Assembly: GCA_913052575.1 (NCBI GenBank) | Contig: CAJXFK010000001.1 | Location: forward strand, 6,779 to 70,778 | Source: an uncultured Planctomycetaceae bacterium | GTDB lineage: Bacteria; Planctomycetota; Planctomycetia; Pirellulales; UBA1268 | Length of the DNA stretch: 64,000 nucleotides | Direction: 5' to 3' | Part shown: positions 57,020 through 64,000 of the stretch, one piece after another | Position numbering within the stretch: the first letter of the stretch is position 1 | Layout: the number at the start of each line of letters is the position of its first letter | The notes under the pieces: generated by a model | Databases searched by the model: none | The model's input: only the letters and a program-made list of their open reading frames with translations | What the model was told of the DNA's origin: nothing | Made by a program: the position numbers and the translations under genes

Positions 57020-58142
57020 TCACTCGTCAACAGGGGCAGGAGCCGAATCAGAGGCTTTCCACCGCAGAAAGGCATCAAGGAAACCATCAAGATTACCATC
57101 GAGAACACTCTGGAAGTTGCCCACATAATGCCCTGTTCGCTGGTCTTTTACGCGTTGGTCAGGGTGAAGAAAATAATTTCTAATTTGTGAGCCAAAACCA
57201 GTCTTTGGTTGAAGTTTGTATTTCGCGAGTTGCTCAGCTTCACGTTTTTCTTCTTCGAGTCGAGCGAGTCGAGACCGCAACATTTTGAGGGCAGTGGCTC
57301 TGTTTTTATGTTGACTACGCTCGCTTTGACATTGAACCACAATTCCACTTGGAAAGTGAGTGATCCGGATAGCACTCGACGTCTTATTGACATGCTGGCC
57401 ACCGGCACCACTTGCTCGAAAGACATCCTCTCGGATGTCTTCATCTTTTATTTCAACATCAGGGTCTTCATCGCTTATTTCCGGAGAAACATCCACGGCA
57501 GCAAAACTCGTTTGCCGTTTTCCTTCAGCGTTAAAGGGGCTAATTCGAACGAGTCGGTGAATGCCCATCTCACCACGTAAATATCCATACGCCCATGGCC
57601 CCCTTATTGCAACGGTGGCATTCTGGATGCCAGCTACGTCATCGTCTTGCCTGTCGAGTAATTCAAGACGGAATTCTCTTTTGTTCGCCCAGGCAGAGTA
57701 CATCCGTAACATCATCTCTGCCCAATCATTCGCATCTGTACCGCCATCTCGAGCATGGATTGACACGAGTGCATCGCAAGAATCATGTGGCCCACTTAGA
57801 AGAGAAGTTAATTCAAGCTGATCAATCAGCTGTTCAACACGAGTCACCTCAGCAGACAGTTCGGGCTCTAATGAGTCATCTTCTTTAACAAGTTCTACAA
57901 GTGCTTCCAGATCACCTGCAGCCGAAATTGATTCATCAAGGGGCTTGAGGATGGTGTTTAACTGCTTGAGTTCGGCAACAGTAGCTTGCGCTGTATCACT
58001 GTCGTTCCAGAAATCAGATTGAGACATCTGGTTTTCAAGTTTAGCTGCTGATTTGGTACGACTAGCATAGTCAAAGAGAGTCTCGTAGTTGAAGGAGGCG
58101 GCCACAGACTTCTTCTACACGATGAAAGAGTGTTGTATCCAT
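57020..58142 (-). CDS. prfB: Peptide chain release factor 2, requires programmed +1 ribosomal frameshift
   Basis: The main ORF (57020..58105) carries SPF and GGQ (SGAGGQHVNKT). A short upstream ORF in the other frame (ATG 58142: MDTTLFHRVEEVCGRLLQLRDSL) ends in CTT TGA C. A +1 shift at that site joins it to ...DYASRTKSAAKL, which parallels E. coli ...LRGYL/DYDAKKERL. An alternative in-frame ATG lies at 58166. Confidence 0.9.
58071..58076 (-). other. prfB autoregulatory +1 frameshift site (CTT TGA, followed by C)
   Basis: Forward-strand TCAAAG at 58071-58076 is minus-strand CTTTGA. The in-frame UGA stop is followed by C, as in the classic RF2 recoding site. Confidence 0.8.
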
Positions 58143-58229
58143 GCGGCAGATTGTATGGTGCAGCATGACCTCAGACAAAGAGTTGGTTTGTTTTCTACGG
58201 AGCAGACATGTTTCTTTTGGCTTATGCAG

Positions 58230-59387
58230 TTAACGACGTTTAATTACGTTGCCAGGAAAACGGACAGTAATTCGATGAATTTCGAGGGCAGAGCACGCTG
58301 ATAATACACGGGAAGGTTCCAGATTTGTGTATTCGACAATGGCGTCGATCGTGGTGCTTTTGTTCTGATTTGAGGTGGCATCAATTCCAGCAAGTACAAT
58401 TTGTTCAATTTCATTCAGTTTTTGTTCTGCTGGGTGGTGGACTTCATGCTCACTAGTACAGGTTGCTTTTTTATATAACGGTCCAAGTTCATCAAGAATT
58501 TGATCGACACACGTTACAAGAGTAACTCCATCACGTATGAGGCCATGGCATCCTGCGGACATTCTGCAATCAATGGGACCTGGAATAGCAAAAACATCCC
58601 GTCCCTGTTCTCCTGCCAGTCGTGCTGTTATTAATGCACCAGATCGCTCTGAAGCCTGAATGACAAGAGTGCCAACGCAGAGCCCCGAAACAATCCTGTT
58701 TCGCCTTGGAAAAGCTGCCGCTTGTGGTGGGGTTGAGGGTGGAACCTCACTCATCGCACATCCATGATGAACAATATCCTCAACTAAACGAGCATGCTCG
58801 CGTGGGTAGATATTGCGTAAGCCACTCCCTAAGACTGCAATTGTCCGTCCACTGGCACGGATTGCCTCATGATGTGCGGCTGCATCAATACCTCGGGCAA
58901 GACCACTCACGATAGTTAAACCAGCACGGGCAAGGCCGTTTGCAAAAGTTTTTGCGATCCGGTGCCCTGCGGTAGTAGCGTGTCGAGCACCAACAATAGC
59001 AATTGCCATCCTGTCGCAGGGCTTGAATGTACCACGAATGAAGAGCATGTCCGGTGGGTCAGGAATGTGTGAAAGGAGTTCCGGAAATTCGGGATCGGTA
59101 TCCAACAAAACATCGATGCCATGTTGCTTGCATTCATCAAGAATGCGTGAATGCTTTGTGCTCGTTCTGTTTCTGAAAATGGTAGATGCCAGGTTGTTGC
59201 CAACGCCGCGAACACTTTGGAGTGACGATACGCTTTGCTCAAAAATGCTCGACACTGAGCCAAACTTAGAGATGAGGCGATGCCGGAGGGCTGGCCCAAG
59301 GCCTGGTACCGCAGAGAGTTTGATTCGATCAAGTAAGAGTTGATCACGATGGAGAGCTGTATCTTTCTGAACTTGCAATTCGAACAT
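58230..59387 (-). CDS. dprA: DNA-processing protein DprA (Smf)
   Basis: N-terminal SAM/HhH-like segment (LSAVPGLGPALRHRLISKFGS), then the DprA Rossmann core (AIAIVGARHATTAG, IVSGLARGIDAAAHHEA, TIAVLGSGL, GALITA). ATG 59387 (GTG 59426 is the alternative). Confidence 0.85.
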   Translation of the reverse strand: MFELQVQKDTALHRDQLLLDRIKLSAVPGLGPALRHRLISKFGSVSSIFEQSVSSLQSVRGVGNNLASTIFRNRTSTKHSRILDECKQHGIDVLLDTDPEFPELLSHIPDPPDMLFIRGTFKPCDRMAIAIVGARHATTAGHRIAKTFANGLARAGLTIVSGLARGIDAAAHHEAIRASGRTIAVLGSGLRNIYPREHARLVEDIVHHGCAMSEVPPSTPPQAAAFPRRNRIVSGLCVGTLVIQASERSGALITARLAGEQGRDVFAIPGPIDCRMSAGCHGLIRDGVTLVTCVDQILDELGPLYKKATCTSEHEVHHPAEQKLNEIEQIVLAGIDATSNQNKSTTIDAIVEYTNLEPSRVLSACSALEIHRITVRFPGNVIKRR

Positions 59388-59490
59388 GATGTGACCTAGC
59401 GGCACGAGGAGTGTATTTATGTACACTATACAGCCGTGGTCGAGAATCGCAAAGGAATATCACAATTTGCTGATAGATTTCTAAGCCGGT

Positions 59491-59883
59491 CTATTTCGCA
59501 GCTTTAAGTTCGGCAAGGTGCTGGGCCGTATCGACAAGACGATCCCAATTTTCCTGAACGTATTCTGGTGGCCCACCCATTTCGGCAACAGCAACAGCCA
59601 CTTCCTCGGTAGGCACCATCTCAATTGCATCCCAAGGGCAGACCTTGAGGTCATACGGATTCGTTTTTTTACCAGGAATATGTACACAAACCTCACAACC
59701 AACGCATCGCTCAATATCGATTTCACACCAACTTTGGAGGTTGTGGAATTGGTCGTATTGCTGCACTTTAAAAATGCAATCAACAGGGCAGACTTCGAGA
59801 CAGCTCTCGCAGCCGGTGCAGTTATCCGCATTAATAACCGCAAGTTCCTTCGGAAGCTTTTTTCTAGGACCTTGTTTTGCCAT
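59491..59883 (-). CDS. 4Fe-4S dicluster ferredoxin-like protein
   Basis: ATG 59883 (MAKQGPRKK...). Two cluster motifs: CTGCESCLEVCP and CVGCEVC...CP. Confidence 0.75.
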   Translation of the reverse strand: MAKQGPRKKLPKELAVINADNCTGCESCLEVCPVDCIFKVQQYDQFHNLQSWCEIDIERCVGCEVCVHIPGKKTNPYDLKVCPWDAIEMVPTEEVAVAVAEMGGPPEYVQENWDRLVDTAQHLAELKAAK

Positions 59884-60126
59884 ATGACTTACTATCGGGA
59901 TTTGGTGAGGAAACCTGAACCTCTGTATTGTAGCCGTGAGAAATCCTCCGACCAAATCGAATTATCAGGCATCGAGATTGAGGTGGATTGAGCCACTTAA
60001 AATACTGGATTTTATGAAAATCACCAAAAATATACTGGAGCCAGAGGGGAGGACAAGGTCCCGAATGCCCTTACCATTTCCCGGTGTATCGTGGCTCTTT
60101 ATGTTAGGAATCGACCGAGAGATGAC

Positions 60127-61437
60127 TTATGTCGTTGGGATATATTCTCCAGAAAAAATTTCATCTGCGGTCTGTCGGGCACGCACCAGCTGAGATGAGC
60201 CGCTATCAATAAGTATTTCAGCGGGAAAAGGTTTTGAGTTGTAGTTACTTGCCATGACAAACCCGTACGCGCCGGCTACTTCGATAATAAGAAAGTCGCC
60301 AACACGAGCCGGGGGCAGATCTCGGGTCGAAACAAAACCACCCTCTTCTTGTGTAAAAATATCTCCGGATTCACAAAGGGGTCCACCTACGGCAACCGAC
60401 TCAAGCTCTCGAGGTGGTGTCGTCGAGGTTGGGCACAGACTCATCGGATGATACGATCCATAAAGAACGGGGCGAGCAAGGGTGTGGAAACCAGCATCCA
60501 CTAAAAGATACTTTTTTGAGCCCTGCCGCTTCGTCGCCCTGACTTCGGTTACCAAAATGCCGGCCTCAGCTGTAAGGTATCGACCCGGTTCAATTTCAAG
60601 CCGAATACGATGTCCGAAGGAATCTTCGAGTCGTTTTCGAGTCGTATCCCATAACGTAAAGTAGCCGGAGAGATCAGCTCGGCTTTCATCTTGTTGATAT
60701 GGTACGGGGAGTCCTCCACCGGCACTGATCATGGTGAGTGAACGACCAATATCATGTGCTGTCTTTTCAAGTGACTCGGCTACCGTAGCAAGATGGTCTA
60801 AGTCAGCGCCGCTGCCAATGTGCATGTGCAGACCTGTTACTGCCAGTCCCGCCCATTCCGCCCGTCGAAGAACATCTGGGACAGCCTCGTGCCAGATGCC
60901 GTGTTTGGATCCTTCTCCTCCCGTATTGGTTTTTTGGCTGTGACCATGACCGAAGCCAGGATTTATTCGAAGTGTCACATTTGCCCCTGGGACACGTTCT
61001 GCCAACTGCTCAAGCATGTCTGCGGATCCACAGTTGACATGTATACCGTGTTGCACAACAGCCTCAAGGCTTTCGCGATCAAAAATATCAGCGGTATAAA
61101 CAATTGGATCAGCTGAGGGTAAGCCTTCCTGGTACCCAGCTTTGCCGTGTGGTTGATAGCCTGCAGCCATGGCCCTTGCGATTTCGCCATGGCTTACAGC
61201 ATCGACAAGAACGCCCTCATGTCGCATGAGATTCAGGATGGCTATGTTCGAACATGCCTTTTGAGCGAAACGAACGGTATCCCACTCACTGAGGTCAGCA
61301 CATCGTTGCCGGATCATGTCTGCATCGTAAGCATAAAATGGAGTGCCGTATTTCTTGGCGAGTTCTTCAAGGTCTACCCCAGCAAATTGTCGTCGGATAC
61401 CAGCAGTATCAGCAGTATTTGAGAAAGTATCACTCAT
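60127..61437 (-). CDS. lysA: Diaminopimelate decarboxylase
   Basis: 436-aa ORF of the group IV PLP decarboxylase type: TPFYAYD, the PLP-Lys region RFAQKACSN, HIGSG, EPGRYL and CESGD. Confidence 0.9.
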   Translation of the reverse strand: MSDTFSNTADTAGIRRQFAGVDLEELAKKYGTPFYAYDADMIRQRCADLSEWDTVRFAQKACSNIAILNLMRHEGVLVDAVSHGEIARAMAAGYQPHGKAGYQEGLPSADPIVYTADIFDRESLEAVVQHGIHVNCGSADMLEQLAERVPGANVTLRINPGFGHGHSQKTNTGGEGSKHGIWHEAVPDVLRRAEWAGLAVTGLHMHIGSGADLDHLATVAESLEKTAHDIGRSLTMISAGGGLPVPYQQDESRADLSGYFTLWDTTRKRLEDSFGHRIRLEIEPGRYLTAEAGILVTEVRATKRQGSKKYLLVDAGFHTLARPVLYGSYHPMSLCPTSTTPPRELESVAVGGPLCESGDIFTQEEGGFVSTRDLPPARVGDFLIIEVAGAYGFVMASNYNSKPFPAEILIDSGSSQLVRARQTADEIFSGEYIPTT

Positions 61438-61571
61438 TGTATTTCTTGTTTCAGGCTTTCCAGGGAAGTCACATATATCCTGATATAATTAAAACCATTA
61501 CCTAGATTTTTCAAGGAAATTAGATTCTAGCAGTCAAATTTTGTTCTCAATGGCTATTCTGTACGAGTCCT

Positions 61572-62555
61572 ATGAGAGAATACCCTGCCAATAATCTCGA
61601 GTCTGCTGATTCTGCTGAAACCTTTCAGCTGACTTCTGAGTTATTAACAACTGATGACGAAAAGGAGAGGAATCTGAGTTGCACCGGGACACGGTCTAGA
61701 CGCGCTCGCCTACAAATCTACCTTTATATTGCTACCTGTCTCACGACTTTTGCAGCTGGCACGGTTGGCTGGCAACCAGTTGTCCTCGGTTTGTACGACG
61801 GATTCCTCATTGATGTATCGGAACACTGGTCCCGCGGCCTGATCTATATGATCTCGGTGATGGCAATATTATCAGCACATGAAGCCGGGCACTTTGTTGC
61901 CGCGTGGCAGCATCATATTCCGGCGACGCTTCCATTTTTTCTGCCGCTACCAGTGATGCTCACTGGGACTCTTGGGGCCGTTATCGGCATGGAAGGGTCT
62001 CGAGCAGATAGAAAGCAACTATTCGATATTGCGTTAGCAGGGCCTCTTGCTGGCCTTGTCGTAGCAGTTCCTCTCTTCATCATAGGATTGGTGTGGGCCC
62101 AGCCAGCAGAAGCCAGCATGTTTTCCATGCCACTGCTCGCAACATGGCTTCTAGGGCTTGTTCGACCCGATTGGCCAATAGGGCAGGTACTGAGTCCAAA
62201 TGCATTTTTGATGGCTGGCTGGGTTGGTTTCCTTGTGACGGGGCTGAATATGATCCCGATTAGCCAGCTTGATGGTGGGCATGTGTGCCATGCTCTTTTC
62301 GGTAATCGTTCTCGTGGAGTAGCCCGAGCGGTCCTGCTTGGAGCAATGACCGCTATCATTATTTCGGGCGCGAATCATTGGGTGCTCATGATCGTCATTA
62401 TTACTTTTATGGGTGTCGATCATCCGCCGATTCGGAATGAATCGCAGCCTTTAGGTAAAATAAGAACAGTTTTAGGTCTAGGTTCACTTGTAATCCCGGT
62501 GATTACATTTATGCCAGAACCACTGGTGCTCCCCGGACTCATTTTCATTCGTTGA
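61572..62555 (+). CDS. Site-2 protease family (peptidase M50) membrane metalloprotease
   Basis: 327-aa polytopic ORF with HEAGHFVAAW (HExxH) and a downstream NMIPISQLDGGH (LDG motif). Confidence 0.8.
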   Translation: MREYPANNLESADSAETFQLTSELLTTDDEKERNLSCTGTRSRRARLQIYLYIATCLTTFAAGTVGWQPVVLGLYDGFLIDVSEHWSRGLIYMISVMAILSAHEAGHFVAAWQHHIPATLPFFLPLPVMLTGTLGAVIGMEGSRADRKQLFDIALAGPLAGLVVAVPLFIIGLVWAQPAEASMFSMPLLATWLLGLVRPDWPIGQVLSPNAFLMAGWVGFLVTGLNMIPISQLDGGHVCHALFGNRSRGVARAVLLGAMTAIIISGANHWVLMIVIITFMGVDHPPIRNESQPLGKIRTVLGLGSLVIPVITFMPEPLVLPGLIFIR

Positions 62556-62650
62556 CGACAGGCCATTCTGCTTACACAATAGATTATGATTCGTACGGCT
62601 GGATTGAAACACACTGCTTTGAAAACCATCACAAAACCAAGAGGTGATCT

Positions 62651-63910
62651 GTGAACTTTGTTGAACAAGAAGATCCTGCAGTTTGGTCATCTATTGCTGC
62701 GGAGCAAACCCGACAAGCCGAGGGTTTAGAGATGATCGCGAGTGAGAACTTCACGAGCCCGGCAGTCATGCAGGCAGTCGGTAGTGTGTTGACTAATAAG
62801 TACGCCGAAGGATACCCCGGCCGTCGCTATTATGGTGGTTGTGAGTACGTCGACACAGTTGAAGATCTGGCCAGAGATAGAGCCAAACAACTTTTCGGCG
62901 CGGAGCATGCAAACGTGCAGCCTCATTCAGGAAGTCAAGCAAACTCGGCGGTATACCTTGCCGCTATTCAACCTGGCGATACGGTGCTTGCCTTCGATCT
63001 TTCGCATGGTGGCCACCTTACCCACGGAATGCGTCTCAACAGCTCGGGTATTTTGTATCGTTTTGTTCATTACGGTGTTCGGCAGGATGATCATCTCCTT
63101 GATTTCGATCAGATCATTCGACTTGCTCGCGAGCATAAACCGAAATTGATTGTTGCTGGAGCAAGCGCCTATCCAAGAGAAATTCCTCATGACCGATTCG
63201 CAGAGATAGCGAGTGAAGTTGGAGCAAAACTGTTAGTCGACATGGCGCATTACGCAGGTCTTGTTGCGGCTGGCGTGCATAATAGTCCGGTGCCGTACGC
63301 AGATTTTGTAACAAGCACGACACACAAAACACTACGCGGACCCCGCGGTGGTATTGCTATGTGTCGGGCAGAGCATGCAAAAGATCTTGATCGTGCGGTG
63401 TTCCCAGGAACTCAGGGTGGACCATTGATGCACGTTGTTGCAGGAAAGGCAGTTGCTTTTGCAGAGGCACTCAGGCCTGAATTCAGAGAATATGCGGAGC
63501 AAGTTGTAGCCAATGCTCGTTCACTCGCTCAGTCACTTGCGGCTGGTGGAGTGAAATTGGTGAGTGGTGGCACCGATAACCATTTGATGTTGGTAGATGT
63601 CACACCGCTTGGCCTTGGTGGAAAGTTGGCGGAGGAAGCCCTTGATCGTTGTGGAATTACTTGTAACAAAAACATGATCCCATACGACGAGCGAAAGCCC
63701 GTCGATCCATCAGGAATACGATTAGGCACGCCAGCCCTTACGACACGAGGAATGGGGCCTGACGAGATGGAGCAGGTAGCGACTTGGATTCTTCGAGTCT
63801 TGAAGGCTCCTGAAGATAAGCAGGTGCTGGAGACTACTCGTCGAGAGGTTGCCGAGTTAGCAGAGCAGTACCCAGTTCCCGCTGCAAAGATGGATGAAGT
63901 TGTAGCCTGA
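62651..63910 (+). CDS. glyA: Serine hydroxymethyltransferase
   Basis: 419-aa ORF (GTG start): [40 protein letters not shown] and the PLP site [14 protein letters not shown]. Confidence 0.95.
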   Translation: MNFVEQEDPAVWSSIAAEQTRQAEGLEMIASENFTSPAVMQAVGSVLTNKYAEGYPGRRYYGGCEYVDTVEDLARDRAKQLFGAEHANVQPHSGSQANSAVYLAAIQPGDTVLAFDLSHGGHLTHGMRLNSSGILYRFVHYGVRQDDHLLDFDQIIRLAREHKPKLIVAGASAYPREIPHDRFAEIASEVGAKLLVDMAHYAGLVAAGVHNSPVPYADFVTSTTHKTLRGPRGGIAMCRAEHAKDLDRAVFPGTQGGPLMHVVAGKAVAFAEALRPEFREYAEQVVANARSLAQSLAAGGVKLVSGGTDNHLMLVDVTPLGLGGKLAEEALDRCGITCNKNMIPYDERKPVDPSGIRLGTPALTTRGMGPDEMEQVATWILRVLKAPEDKQVLETTRREVAELAEQYPVPAAKMDEVVA

Positions 63911-64000
63911 TAAGTTTGCAAGACGCTGCGTGTTCTTCAGGTGCAAAAATGTAGCAATTGCTGCAGCGACCCGTTGTTTCGACGGCCGGGAATTGTTTTG

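Noticed and set aside
1-64000. Search for CRISPR arrays, IS elements or inverted terminal repeats, rRNA, toxin-antitoxin pairs and known defence-system hallmarks.
   Set aside because: No regularly spaced repeats, no transposase/integrase-like ORFs and no rRNA signatures were seen. None of the ORFs shows nuclease/ATPase combinations typical of defence islands.

Overview
This 64 kb window looks like a bacterial chromosome segment. Its gene content suggests Planctomycetota: many Cys-type sulfatases, HEAT/TPR/PQQ-propeller proteins, and a regulatory PTS next to hpf. That taxonomic call is inference only. All family calls come from reading motifs in the translated ORFs; no searches were run.

Layout:
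- 1-12.5 kb: housekeeping and transport genes. These are the purL N-terminus (runs off the window edge, absent from the ORF track), tyrA, a GspF-like protein, a DASS permease, a beta-carbonic anhydrase, an HDAC-family enzyme and a SulP-STAS-carbonic-anhydrase fusion.
- 12.6-31.5 kb: a sulfatase-rich glycan-degradation island. It holds 5 sulfatases, a GH16, a GH10-like hydrolase, a CE7-like esterase, an alpha/beta hydrolase, a cupin, an AraC regulator, a secreted beta-CA, a NIPSNAP protein and a PQQ-like propeller.
- 31.7-64 kb: mostly core genes. These include hpf-ptsN-HPr-ptsI, an RNase E/G family protein, rplU, a UbiD-family decarboxylase, rarA, tRNA-His, tex, infA, prfB, dprA, lysA and glyA.

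I saw no CRISPR array, transposase, integrase, prophage or recognisable defence system, and no clear multi-gene novel system.

Most unusual observations:
1. A catalytically intact archaeal-type topoisomerase VI A / Spo11-like gene with no adjacent B subunit, lying next to tRNA-His.
2. A SulP-fused beta-CA domain whose first zinc-ligand Cys is replaced by Asp, while two canonical beta-CAs sit nearby.
3. A shikimate-dehydrogenase-fold protein lacking the catalytic Lys/Asp and the glycine-rich dinucleotide loop.
4. A prfB +1 programmed frameshift (CTT TGA C) with no visible SD-like stimulator.
5. Two perfect 13-bp hairpins whose U-tracts face the 'wrong' strand; one follows an unannotated 52-codon ORF.
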